IMG/VR virus record: IMGVR_UViG_3300028925_003988
Span: 1 to 24,528 of that record
Reading direction: 5' to 3' (one strand)
DNA length: 24,528 bases
Source: a virus
Lineage: Duplodnaviria > Caudoviricetes
The notes under the pieces were generated by a model, which had not been told where the DNA came from, made no database searches, and saw only the letters and a list, made by a program, of their open reading frames with translations. The first letter of the stretch is position 1. Each line of letters begins with the position of its first letter. Positions 8,522 to 18,413 of the stretch are shown here, piece after piece. A program made the position numbers and the translations under genes.

Positions 8522-10746
8522 ACTTTCAGGAATTAATGGGGATGGCGCGAGATCCAAACACTCTGGAGAAGCCTATGTCTTTTAAGGAGTGGTGGCGTTT
8601 GACCCCAGACCAGTTGAAAAAACGTGACGACGAAGCCAAAGGGACAACGGAGAGGGTGACGAGAAAAATTCTCTCAAAGTACAATCCGCCGGGGATGATG
8701 ATCGTGGCGCAGACATCCAAGCTGGCGAAGAAGGGTGTCGAAGCGTATGCACAGAGCCTGCTGGCAGAAGGCATGGACGAAAAAGATATATGGGAATCGT
8801 CCTTCGACAAGTTCGGGCAGGGGGCATACTACGACCGCTTAGATGATGCGTGGAAGATAATGGTTCCAACTCCAGATGCGAAGTTCAACAAAGAAACATC
8901 TTTCGTGGATGACGGGCCAAAGACAACCGTCAGGAGATGGAATAATAGAACTCTGGAGGAAATAATTAAAGGAATACCCGGCCTCTCCGAGGACAAGGAC
9001 ATGGGGAAGATGAGGGTGCAGAATGTAGAGGCTGGTCGTGGGGTAGAAGAGTACGGAGCCTTTGATCCAAAGGCAAACAAGATTGTGAAGGCGGAAGGGC
9101 CGACCCAAAAAGATGCGTTCAAGGTTCTTATGCACGAAATGCAACACGGCTACCAAGGCAAGCACGGTCATGCTAAGGGAACGAGTCCAGAGGCGCATAG
9201 GATGCTTCCAGAAGACATTAAAGAGTCGCAGAAGAACTTAAAGACGGCAATGGCTGGCACAGAGTGGTTGCAGTACAAAGACAGGCATGGTATCGCCGAC
9301 GGTCAAGAAACAATAAGGCAGTGGAACGACTTTCAAATAGGCTACGAAGCGATAGCTGGTGCGCTACCGACTGGCGATATTAAAGATGCGAAAAGGAAAC
9401 ATTATAATGCGCTTGCGTCCGCCGAAAAAAGAATACGGCACACCCTAGAGAGGGCGAAAAACCCAGAACTAGCATATTCAAGAGCGGGGGGAGAGGGCGA
9501 CGCGAGATACACGATGAACACCCACAAGTGGGACGCGGATAAGCACAGGGCGAATTTTATCAAAGACAAATACGAGGAGAACACCGAACCTTATCCTGTG
9601 AAATTTGAAGACAGGTACAGGCAACTCACTCAGGACGAATACGCGGGGAACGAGGAGGTCTGGGAAAGCGTCGGGAAGAAAAAGCCTAATAAAAAAGTTG
9701 GTGTTAGTGGACTAGCACCGGGGCTGATCGGGGAAAAATGGAAGCCGCCACAGTCGAAGATATTCGACATGGTGGGACTGGACGATCCGTCAAGGTTTAT
9801 TAAGACGGAACAGATCGCGCCAGAGAGATACAGGCCAGCGCGGGGAGTGCCGAAGGACATCCTCCCGGCAGGACACAAGAAAAATATGGACAGGGTCGCT
9901 GGCCTTCTTGAGGACGGGATACAGAAAGGCGGACTCTCTTGGTACAACCTACGACCACTCCGCGATGAGTATCTCAATATGTGGGGTGAGGAGGAAGGGG
10001 CGAAAAGATTTAAGAATTTCGCGGAGATCTTTGCCGCAGGATCACCGAGGTCGAAGGTTATCCAGAACAATAAAAGAACGTCCATGTTTCAAAAACTAAA
10101 AGAAGACGGCGTTGACATATCAAAGGTTTTAAACGCTGGGAAGACTCCAACTCCGCAACAGTTCAATGAGGGTTATACCACCATGCCACAGGGGTACGGA
10201 GACTTCGCGCATGGCTTGCACGTTCCCATTATCGGGGATGTCGAATCCGGTGTAGGATTGGCTGGAGGCGAGAAATTTGGGAGGCCCAAGGTTTCCACCT
10301 TCGGACAGAACCTACAGGGTAACCTCGCAGGCTCTACCGTGGACACGCACAACAAGCAGGCGTTGACGTTGCCCTTGAGCTTGAATGTGGCAGTGAAGGA
10401 TAATGAATACGGGTTCCTCGACGACCTGAATAAGAAGCAGGCCGCTCGTCACGGGATACAGCCAGCGCAGGCGCAGGCATCATTATGGCAAGGCGCAAGC
10501 GAGATCACGGGCGTTGACGACTCAAGGCCGCTGATGCAGATACTTGACGAGCGCATACACGCGACCGCAGACAAGATGAGCATTTCCCCGCAGGCCATGA
10601 GGGACGGTCTTATCAAGGGGAAGTTGCCACTTCTTCAGTTACTGCCACTACAGAAAATATTGAAAGAGTTCAAACCGCGCCAGCCGTACCAGCAAGCACC
10701 AATGGGTGGCGGACTTAACATGATGAGATACGGATCAGGATCATGA
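8518..10746 (+). CDS. Polyvalent-type multidomain protein: zincin-like metallopeptidase (HExxH) plus a C-terminal conserved domain
   Basis: HEMQH at 9133-9147, later Y.RAGGEGDAR. C-terminal WY...SPRS.V..N...KV.TF..NL.G...TVDTH...AQAQASLW. ATGA-coupled on both sides. Confidence 0.65.
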   Translation: MNFQELMGMARDPNTLEKPMSFKEWWRLTPDQLKKRDDEAKGTTERVTRKILSKYNPPGMMIVAQTSKLAKKGVEAYAQSLLAEGMDEKDIWESSFDKFGQGAYYDRLDDAWKIMVPTPDAKFNKETSFVDDGPKTTVRRWNNRTLEEIIKGIPGLSEDKDMGKMRVQNVEAGRGVEEYGAFDPKANKIVKAEGPTQKDAFKVLMHEMQHGYQGKHGHAKGTSPEAHRMLPEDIKESQKNLKTAMAGTEWLQYKDRHGIADGQETIRQWNDFQIGYEAIAGALPTGDIKDAKRKHYNALASAEKRIRHTLERAKNPELAYSRAGGEGDARYTMNTHKWDADKHRANFIKDKYEENTEPYPVKFEDRYRQLTQDEYAGNEEVWESVGKKKPNKKVGVSGLAPGLIGEKWKPPQSKIFDMVGLDDPSRFIKTEQIAPERYRPARGVPKDILPAGHKKNMDRVAGLLEDGIQKGGLSWYNLRPLRDEYLNMWGEEEGAKRFKNFAEIFAAGSPRSKVIQNNKRTSMFQKLKEDGVDISKVLNAGKTPTPQQFNEGYTTMPQGYGDFAHGLHVPIIGDVESGVGLAGGEKFGRPKVSTFGQNLQGNLAGSTVDTHNKQALTLPLSLNVAVKDNEYGFLDDLNKKQAARHGIQPAQAQASLWQGASEITGVDDSRPLMQILDERIHATADKMSISPQAMRDGLIKGKLPLLQLLPLQKILKEFKPRQPYQQAPMGGGLNMMRYGSGS

Positions 10747-11195
10747 TCAAAACGAGACGACCACTGCCAAGAGTTTTATATGACCACGGAAAAGAAGTTG
10801 CCCTGTGGGTTGGCGAAAGAATCAAGGATGTCCTGTACGAGTTCGACAAGTGTAATGCGCTCGGAGTCCTAGACGATCAGAGCAACGTGATGTGCGGAGT
10901 TGTTTACCATGACTACCGACCAGAGTGCGGGACGATGCAGTTGTCCATTGCTTCATCAAATCCAATGTGGGCGCGAAGAGAAACGATCATCGAACTTCTC
11001 TCGTATCCCTTTATAAGTTTAAAACTTTTTAAATGTTGGATAGTAGTCCCGTCCGACAATAAACAATCCCTTGCATTGACCAAGCATATCGGCTTCAAAC
11101 AAGAAGCACTATTGCATAACCAATTCGGGAAAGACCGACACGCTCACTTTATGAAGATGAGCCGTAAGGACTTCAAAAGAATTTATGGGAGATAG
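10743..11195 (+). CDS. GNAT-fold acetyltransferase-like protein
   Basis: N.QSL.L..HIGFKQEALL is a GNAT C-terminal motif. Similar small GNAT genes sit between nozzle and ejection genes in podoviruses. Confidence 0.75.
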   Translation: MIKTRRPLPRVLYDHGKEVALWVGERIKDVLYEFDKCNALGVLDDQSNVMCGVVYHDYRPECGTMQLSIASSNPMWARRETIIELLSYPFISLKLFKCWIVVPSDNKQSLALTKHIGFKQEALLHNQFGKDRHAHFMKMSRKDFKRIYGR

Positions 11196-11198
11196 CCG

Positions 11199-12476
11199 AT
11201 GTACCATCTGACAAAAGTATTCGATCCTTTCGAGCCAGAACTGGTTGAATGGCCTACTAAAATATTGAAGGCGTGTGACCAAGGAAAGGGCGGAGGGTCA
11301 CCTCCAGCACCACCACCTGCTCCGGCTGCCCCAGACCCTGTTGCCACTGCCGTTGCTCAAGGGGCTCAGAATCGGGCTGCTGCAATTAGTCAAGCTGAGA
11401 TCGCAATGGTCAACCAGCAGACTCCTTACGGCGCATTGGCATGGGAGCAACGCGGGACTTCACCGATCAGCGTAGATGAGGAAGGTATCACATACGGCGG
11501 GACTCCGCAGTACACCGCGACTCAGACACTGTCACCGGAACAGCAACTAATCCTTGACTTAGGGAATCAAGCTCAGATCGGATTTGGAGAAACAGCAAAC
11601 ACTCAACTGCAAAATGTTACTGATCGACTGGAGCAACCGATTGACTTCAGCGGGATTGCAGCAGCCCCGACGATTGACATAAATTCTTTTGTCGGCAACG
11701 CTCCGACCGCAGACTTCTCTGGGATCGCGCAACCGGGCCAACTTGATTACTCAAGCCTCGGTACACGTCCTGAGTTCAATCAGCAGTTCATGGATGACGT
11801 ATCCCAAGGCATAAGGAACCGCGCACAGCCTTGGCAGGACAGGCAGCTTGGTCAACTAGAAAACAGGTTGACGAATCAGGGCATCAACATTGGAACCGAA
11901 GCATGGAACAAGGAGATGGATCGGAACCAAGTTGGTATAAATGATTTCAATCTTGCGGCTGATCAGAATGCCTTGCAACAGGCTAGTCAGTTCTTTGCTA
12001 ATGAGCAGGCATCGCGCAACCAAGGACTTAATGAACTGGGTCAACTTCGCTCCTCGCGGGTTTCTGATCGTGACCGTGCAATCGCAGAAGCGTCTCAACT
12101 CTTCGGGTTGGAAGCTAACGCGAGAGATCGTGCAGTCGCAGAGGCTAGTCAGTTGTTCAGCCTACAAGCGGGTGGCAGAGACAGGGCTATCAATGAATTG
12201 ATGTTGCAGAGAAACCAGCCTCTAAATGAGTTGGCTGCAATGTTGAGCGGACAACAGGTAGTCCAGCCGAATTTCCTGACACCGCCACAGCCTACGATTC
12301 AGGCTGGCGATCTACAAGGCGCGACGTACGCAAATTATCAAGGGGCGTTAGGACAACAGCAAATGCAGAACCAAAATAACTTGATCGGCTACCAAGCGAA
12401 TCAAGCGGCGGGTAACGCCATGACGGGTGGGCTGATGGGCCTCGCCGGGTCAGGCATGATGGCATACGCAATGTAA
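11199..12476 (+). CDS. Putative DNA ejection/pilot virion protein
   Basis: GKGGGS-P-rich-APDPVATA.AQ...NQQTPYG N-terminus, Q/N/A-rich helical body and a Gly-rich hydrophobic C-terminus. Confidence 0.6.
   Translation: MYHLTKVFDPFEPELVEWPTKILKACDQGKGGGSPPAPPPAPAAPDPVATAVAQGAQNRAAAISQAEIAMVNQQTPYGALAWEQRGTSPISVDEEGITYGGTPQYTATQTLSPEQQLILDLGNQAQIGFGETANTQLQNVTDRLEQPIDFSGIAAAPTIDINSFVGNAPTADFSGIAQPGQLDYSSLGTRPEFNQQFMDDVSQGIRNRAQPWQDRQLGQLENRLTNQGINIGTEAWNKEMDRNQVGINDFNLAADQNALQQASQFFANEQASRNQGLNELGQLRSSRVSDRDRAIAEASQLFGLEANARDRAVAEASQLFSLQAGGRDRAINELMLQRNQPLNELAAMLSGQQVVQPNFLTPPQPTIQAGDLQGATYANYQGALGQQQMQNQNNLIGYQANQAAGNAMTGGLMGLAGSGMMAYAM
12069..12200 (+). repeat. 54-nt (18-aa) tandem coding repeat, about 2.5 copies
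   Basis: RDRAIAEASQLFGLEANA / RDRAVAEASQLFSLQAGG / RDRAINEL starting at 12069, 12123 and 12177. Confidence 0.85.
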
Positions 12477-13198
12477 TGATTATTCACTTTAGTGGTGGAA
12501 AAGACAGCCTCGCGGTTGTCCATATGTTCAAGGACGATCCTGACCTAGAGTGTGTTTACTTCGGGGACACGGGTGATGCCTACCCGCACATGATGGAGTT
12601 TGCTATTGAGACTTGCAAGAAGTTCAAGGTTCCGCTAAAGATCATAAAGGCAGAGATGAGCCAAAAGGAATACCACGACAAATTCGGCTTGCCTTCCGAC
12701 ATGATCCCGATCGTCAGGACACCGGAAGCAATGCCGATCAGGAAAGAAAGCGGGGAACAAAAGATCCAGTCCTTCGTTCAGTGTTGCGCGGAGATGCTGT
12801 GGCTACCGATATACAACGCATCGCTGGGCAAGACAGTCTACCGTGGCATCAAGAAAAGCGACGAACACAGGACGATGGGCGGGGATAAGATTACAGACAA
12901 GAACGGCATAACGTGGGTTAATCCGATCTACGACTGGACGGACGACGACGTTTTCGACTACCTGAAGAAGCACAACGTCGAGCCTGCGCGACATTATAAA
13001 CAAGTGAACGTCAGTCTGGACTGTGTCCGGTGTACGGCACACACGCACTCACCGACTGCGGTGGACAGATTGCGCTGGACAAAGGAAAATTACCCGAGCT
13101 ACTGGCCTGAAATTGTCAGCAGATTTAAAAAAGTTGATGAAGCTGTTAAGGCAGAAAAGAAATTAATTGACGAACCGTTTGACTTCGTTCTGAACTAA
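12476..13198 (+). CDS. PAPS/APS reductase-family (PP-loop) protein
   Basis: FSGGKDS PP-loop, DTG, RGIKKSD and NPIYDWT motifs; CC (aa 103-104) and CxxC (aa 183-186). TAATG coupling to the upstream gene. Confidence 0.85.
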   Translation: MIIHFSGGKDSLAVVHMFKDDPDLECVYFGDTGDAYPHMMEFAIETCKKFKVPLKIIKAEMSQKEYHDKFGLPSDMIPIVRTPEAMPIRKESGEQKIQSFVQCCAEMLWLPIYNASLGKTVYRGIKKSDEHRTMGGDKITDKNGITWVNPIYDWTDDDVFDYLKKHNVEPARHYKQVNVSLDCVRCTAHTHSPTAVDRLRWTKENYPSYWPEIVSRFKKVDEAVKAEKKLIDEPFDFVLN

Positions 13199-13208
13199 AG
13201 GAAACATT

Positions 13209-14996
13209 ATGCGAAATTATTTGTCCGCAATGACAGGCAATCTCGGTGGTAGCATTGACCCGAGAAGAACTTACGCCCAACAACTTCTCGCACAGGGCGC
13301 AAGCACCAGCCCAAAGAACGCTGGCGAAGGCTTGTCCCAGTTGGCGAAGTCCGCTCTAGGGATGCTGTTGATGAAGCGGTCAATGGCGCAAGAATCCGAT
13401 ATGTGGAAAGGACTGAACGCCCAACAGCCTGACATAATGAGGCCACCTAACGATGAAGAGATAAGGAGCAACCCTGAGATGGCGGCTCTGTGGAAGCAGG
13501 CGGAGACAGGCGTTCCCAACAACGGAATGATGGTTACACCCCCGGCTCCGCTTCCTGACGCACAACTTAGACAGCAGGGTGGCGTACCGGGAACACTGGA
13601 CAAAATCTCTCGCTTTCAAGCAGGATTGAGCGATCAATATGGCAACCCAGACAGCGACAGAAGTAATGCTGTCCGACAAACGGATGAAGCCCTTGCTGGG
13701 GGGATTGCTTTACAAGAGCAAAACTTGCAAAAAGAAATGCAAGGTCTTAGAGAGAAAAGCACTGTTGCACGACCGAGAGACTTGGTGGCGGAGCTTGAAT
13801 CAGGCATGGAGAGATACCGAACAAATCCAGACAACGAAATCATGGAAGACAAGTTGTCACAGGCGGATTGGATGCAACAGCAACTCCGAGGCATGGAAGG
13901 AAACCCTTTCGCAATGCGAATGATGCAGAATCTGATGTTCCAGAAAATGGCACAGGGCCAAGCGGATAGGCTCTATGATCGTGGTCTGGCGGACAGACGG
14001 GATGACTACAGCACTCAACTCGCCGACACGCGACAAGACACGAGTACAGGTCGCAAGTTCCAACCACGCCCGACTCGACCACGTTCTGGCGACGGTGGCA
14101 TGAGGTACGACGAAACATGGAACCCAGAGACAGGTGAATGGGATAAGGGCAACAACTACGATCCTAACATCAAATCAGCGGAGGCACAGGCACAAGACAT
14201 CGCATCGAAGAACGCTGGCAGGACGACATGGCAGGCAATGACGGGGCCGGGGGGTGCGCCTTCAGGGTTCCAACAGAGCAGTAGAGGCAAAATAGCACCT
14301 GTCCCACTAGCTCCGCAACCCAAGGCTGTAGAGGCGGTTGATAAAGCATGGGCAAAACATTACGAAGCAGTTTTCCCAGAAGGGCAGATTCACGATGCCG
14401 TGAAGAACTTAGACCAACTCGACAAAGTAGTGGCGAGACTGGACGCGGTGGCAAGAGGCATCCCCACAAAAGACACCGTTGACGCACAAGGGAATGTCGT
14501 AAAAGGTGAGGTAGAGAATCTCACTGGGTCGGTGATTGGAATGCGTCCTCCATTTCTTGATAGCATGTTTAACCCAGCGCAGGTAGACGTGCAGGACACG
14601 GTCGAGGAAGTTGTCCAGAGAAATCTCCGCGTAGTCTTAGGAGCGCAGTTCACAGAGAGGGAAGGCTCAAGGTTGATCGCAAGAGCATTCAACCCTAAAC
14701 TTCCAGAGGCGGAGAATTACAAAAGAGTGAAGAGGCTTGTGGACGCAATGAGGGGAACCCTACAGAATCAGTTGAACGCTGGGAAATACTACGAAGAGAA
14801 TGACACATTGCGGGGCTGGGGCGGGACTTCATACACTATGTCGATCTCTGACGCAGAAAGTATTATTGATGGAACGCCTTTGCTCAAGACGGGAGAAGGC
14901 GGAAATGTCAGTTTCGACAGGCGCAAAGGCGATCCGTTGAGTCCAGAAAAGAGAAAGCGCATGGAAGAATTAAAGCGTAAAGCGAGAGGCCAATAA
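13209..14996 (+). CDS. Putative internal virion / DNA ejection protein
   Basis: 595-aa Q/M-rich helical protein in the ejection-gene position, with LGAQFTEREG near the C-terminus. Confidence 0.55.
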   Translation: MRNYLSAMTGNLGGSIDPRRTYAQQLLAQGASTSPKNAGEGLSQLAKSALGMLLMKRSMAQESDMWKGLNAQQPDIMRPPNDEEIRSNPEMAALWKQAETGVPNNGMMVTPPAPLPDAQLRQQGGVPGTLDKISRFQAGLSDQYGNPDSDRSNAVRQTDEALAGGIALQEQNLQKEMQGLREKSTVARPRDLVAELESGMERYRTNPDNEIMEDKLSQADWMQQQLRGMEGNPFAMRMMQNLMFQKMAQGQADRLYDRGLADRRDDYSTQLADTRQDTSTGRKFQPRPTRPRSGDGGMRYDETWNPETGEWDKGNNYDPNIKSAEAQAQDIASKNAGRTTWQAMTGPGGAPSGFQQSSRGKIAPVPLAPQPKAVEAVDKAWAKHYEAVFPEGQIHDAVKNLDQLDKVVARLDAVARGIPTKDTVDAQGNVVKGEVENLTGSVIGMRPPFLDSMFNPAQVDVQDTVEEVVQRNLRVVLGAQFTEREGSRLIARAFNPKLPEAENYKRVKRLVDAMRGTLQNQLNAGKYYEENDTLRGWGGTSYTMSISDAESIIDGTPLLKTGEGGNVSFDRRKGDPLSPEKRKRMEELKRKARGQ

Positions 14997-16948
14997 TGGG
15001 ACGATTAACCGAAAGAGAAGAGCTTGAGCTTTTAGAGTTGGAAGCACTAGACAGTCAACAGCAGTCTGCTCCAGAGCCTATGGGTTTCGCTGACAAGATG
15101 ATGGGCGCAAGAAACGAAATCATGAACACCGCTTTCTTCGGTCAGCCTGACCGCCTCGCTGATGCTATCACTGGGCAACCGGGACAGCGCAAGGCCCAAC
15201 GACAAGAGTTCCGACAAAAAGAACCCAAAATGGCGCAGGCAATGAGTGCCACAGGCGCAGTCGTCAACCCTCCGTTTATGAGATACGGCCCTTCCGCGAT
15301 GAAAGGCGCAAAGAATATTATAGACAAGTCGCTCAGAGGCGCAGGGCTAGGCGGAGCGCAGAGAGGCTTGCAGGCGGCAGGCGAAGGCAAGGACGCAGGC
15401 GAGGTTGCCAAGCAGACAGGATTCGGCGCACTCGGTGGTGGCCTCACGCCACTGGTTTTTTGGGGCCTTGAAAAATTATGGGATAACACGGTCGGCGGTT
15501 TGTTAAAACATCTGGAGCCAAATTCTCAGAACGCACACGCCACTAAAGTTGTCATGGATGCGGTCGTCGCTGATGTTAAAGCGAAGTACCCTCACATGGA
15601 GCAAGAGGAAGTCTGGAAGTACGCAGAGCAACGCATGGACGAAATGGGGCCACGCGGTGCGCTTGTGGACATGGGGCCAAATTCACGGTCACTGGCAAGG
15701 CAAGTCTACGAAACACCGGGACAGGGAAGTGCCGACATGGAACAATATTTGAGGCCCCGGTATGAGGGAGCGTCAGATTTTTCCACAGCAGGATCTGGGG
15801 ATGCATTGATCGACGACATCGACAGAATAATTCCAGAGGATTACATTTCGACAAAAAACGAATCTTTAAGACAGGACGAAGCGAAGCCATACTATGACGA
15901 AGCATTTTCCGCGAACCAAGAGATGCAGTCTAACGAGTTGGACTCGATCCTTCGCCATGATGAAGGGAAGAGCGCATTCAAGTACGCGGTGAACGAAATG
16001 AGGGCTGGGGGAAGGAACCCTGTCCTGTACAACAAAGAAGCCACTGACCAACATATAGAGGGCGGTGGCGCGGGGAAGATGGGTATCGGCATCAAGATGG
16101 AAGTCTTGAACGAAGTGAAGATCATGCTCGGGAAGATGGAGCAGGACTCTTATGAGGCGGACGGATTCGGTGGCTTAAAGCCGGGAAGGATGACAAAAAC
16201 ATACGGGGATTTAAGGGAGCGACTTAAAAACGAATTGATCAGACAGGACGCGACCGGATCGTACAAGGTGGCCCTCGGACTCGCGCAGGATAAAATTAAA
16301 AACAGGCAGGCTCTCCAAGCAGGCGGGAAGGCTCTGGGTGGAAGAGACACGGTGGCTGAACGGCAAGAGAATATTGGCAGATATTCAGAGGGAGAGAAAA
16401 AAAATTACGAGATCGGATTGAAACGCGACATCACCAAAAAAATTGAAGACTCTTCACGCGGCGGAGATCCTGTCAAGAGGGTCATGAAGAGCAAGGGGAT
16501 GCACGACAAGACCGAAGCCTCTTTCCAAGACTACGACAAATTTCTTGACTGGAAAAAATCTCTGGAACGGGAAGCGGACATTTCAAAAACATACGCTGAA
16601 GTTCTTGGTGGGCCGAAGACATCGCGGGGCATGGCAGGTAGGGAAGCCACCGAGGAAAAGCTCAAAGCTCCGTTGCGGGGATTGAAGTCGATCAAACTTG
16701 GGCAACCGTGGACTTATTTCAGTGGGCCGATACAGGCGATGCAGGACTTGGGCAAAAGTTTTCCTCTCCTCGAAAACCAAGGCATACAAAAAAGGATGAC
16801 AGATTTATTAACGAACCAAATGCCACCAAGACCATACCCTCAAGGGGGCGTGGCACAGCCGCCGCTTCCACAGAAATTAGCGGAAGACTTTAGATCAAAA
16901 CAATTAATGGAAGCCGTCATTAGAGCGCAGAGCGGGTTCCGATATTAG
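14996..16948 (+). CDS. Putative internal virion / DNA ejection protein
   Basis: 650 aa, TAATG-coupled, Gly/Ala-rich membrane-like segments (GAGLGGA, GFGALGGGLTPLVF), located just before the tail fibre. Confidence 0.55.
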   Translation: MGRLTEREELELLELEALDSQQQSAPEPMGFADKMMGARNEIMNTAFFGQPDRLADAITGQPGQRKAQRQEFRQKEPKMAQAMSATGAVVNPPFMRYGPSAMKGAKNIIDKSLRGAGLGGAQRGLQAAGEGKDAGEVAKQTGFGALGGGLTPLVFWGLEKLWDNTVGGLLKHLEPNSQNAHATKVVMDAVVADVKAKYPHMEQEEVWKYAEQRMDEMGPRGALVDMGPNSRSLARQVYETPGQGSADMEQYLRPRYEGASDFSTAGSGDALIDDIDRIIPEDYISTKNESLRQDEAKPYYDEAFSANQEMQSNELDSILRHDEGKSAFKYAVNEMRAGGRNPVLYNKEATDQHIEGGGAGKMGIGIKMEVLNEVKIMLGKMEQDSYEADGFGGLKPGRMTKTYGDLRERLKNELIRQDATGSYKVALGLAQDKIKNRQALQAGGKALGGRDTVAERQENIGRYSEGEKKNYEIGLKRDITKKIEDSSRGGDPVKRVMKSKGMHDKTEASFQDYDKFLDWKKSLEREADISKTYAEVLGGPKTSRGMAGREATEEKLKAPLRGLKSIKLGQPWTYFSGPIQAMQDLGKSFPLLENQGIQKRMTDLLTNQMPPRPYPQGGVAQPPLPQKLAEDFRSKQLMEAVIRAQSGFRY

Positions 16949-16960
16949 GAGATAGGCATC

Positions 16961-18400
16961 ATGGCAAGAAATGGGTCAGGAACATATAGTTTACCGGAGG
17001 ATGCGTTTGTATTCGATACGGTCATTGATCAGGGAGAGGTCAATAGCAACTTTTCAGACATCGCCGCAGAGATAACTAACTCGGTTGACAAAGACGGGCA
17101 GACTCAGATTACAGGAATCCTTAAACATAGCGTTACGGTCGGGCAGACCGCCAACACTGGCTCTGCTCAAGGTGGCAACGTAATTTCTACAGAGTTTTAT
17201 GAAATTGCCGTCGTAGGATCGACAGGTGACGCTGTGACTTTGCCGTCGGCAGTAGCTGGTTTGTGCGTTACCATTGTCAACAACGGTGCTAATGCCGCAG
17301 ATGTTTTTCCTTCGAGTGGCGATAAGATTGATGGTGGTTCGGCTAACGCGGCGATCTCATTGGCTTCTGGCGAGAACGGGATCTTCTGGTGTCAAGACGG
17401 AACCGACTGGGATATGATCCTGTCTTCCGAAACAATTTTTTCTGGAAAAACTTTTGACTTGGATGCCAACACTCTCACCGGAACATTGGCGGAGTTTAAC
17501 ACCGCGCTTCAGAGTGCGAGTTTTTGTTCTCTCGCTGGATCGGAAACGCTGACAAATAAAACTTTAACGGCTCCAGTTTTAAATGATCCTACTTTTGATG
17601 TAGCAGTAAATGTGACGGCAGACGCAGGTTCAGCGCAGGGGGGCGGGGCTATTACCGCCACCTTTGTCGAAATTTCAACGGTTGGGACAACTGGGGATTC
17701 AGTAACATTACCCACGGCAGCAGCAGGTAAATTGGTTTTTATAGCCAACAACGGGGCTAATTCGGCTGACGTATTTCCTGCTTCTGGGGATAAAATTGAT
17801 GGGGGGTCAGTCAACGTAGCCCTAGCTCTGGACGCTGGAGCAAACAGGATATACATATGCCAAGACGGGACTGACTGGGATACTATTGGTGGTGGTGCAA
17901 CTGAACTGAGCGATGACACAAGCCCCCAGCTTTCAGGAATGTTAGATGTTAACGGTCAGGCATTGGGAGATGGCACTTTAGAGCTTCTAAAATTCTCTGA
18001 AACTGGGAGTGCTATTAATGAGTTTACGATAGCTAATGCAGCCTCTGGAAGTGGCCCCACTCTTTCAGCTACTGGTGATGGAACAAATGTAGATATAAAT
18101 ATAGCCCCAAAAGGGACAGGCGATGTTGTTTTAGCTGGAGACACTGTCAAGGTAGGTGATAGCGGGGCAGCGGCAACCTTAACTTCTAACGGTGCAGGCG
18201 TTCTTACTGTGACAACTGGCGGAGCAACAGATTTGGTCTTGAATACAAATTCAGGAACTAATTCAGGCAGTATAACTATTACCGATGCTGCCAATGGAAC
18301 AATTACTATAGCCTGTAATGGTACAGGAATTATAGATTTGCAATCAACAATGAATCCTTCTTTGACAAGTACAGGCAAAGCCTTAATACTAGGATTTTAA
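16961..18400 (+). CDS. Tail fibre/spike protein with internal domain duplication
   Basis: MARNGSGTYSLP...N.NFSDIA..IT.S..KDGQT tail-attachment-like N-terminus; G/T/A/S-rich; ETLTNKTLTAP and DTSPQL.G.LDVNG fibre-type motifs. Confidence 0.8.
   Translation: MARNGSGTYSLPEDAFVFDTVIDQGEVNSNFSDIAAEITNSVDKDGQTQITGILKHSVTVGQTANTGSAQGGNVISTEFYEIAVVGSTGDAVTLPSAVAGLCVTIVNNGANAADVFPSSGDKIDGGSANAAISLASGENGIFWCQDGTDWDMILSSETIFSGKTFDLDANTLTGTLAEFNTALQSASFCSLAGSETLTNKTLTAPVLNDPTFDVAVNVTADAGSAQGGGAITATFVEISTVGTTGDSVTLPTAAAGKLVFIANNGANSADVFPASGDKIDGGSVNVALALDAGANRIYICQDGTDWDTIGGGATELSDDTSPQLSGMLDVNGQALGDGTLELLKFSETGSAINEFTIANAASGSGPTLSATGDGTNVDINIAPKGTGDVVLAGDTVKVGDSGAAATLTSNGAGVLTVTTGGATDLVLNTNSGTNSGSITITDAANGTITIACNGTGIIDLQSTMNPSLTSTGKALILGF
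17147..17887 (+). repeat. Duplicated 273-nt (91-aa) domain at 17147-17419 and 17615-17887
   Basis: Both copies read TA..GSAQGG...VTLP.A.AG...NNGAN.ADVFP.SGDKIDGGS.N...CQDGTDWD.I. Confidence 0.9.
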
Positions 18401-18413
18401 TTAGGAGAACAAA

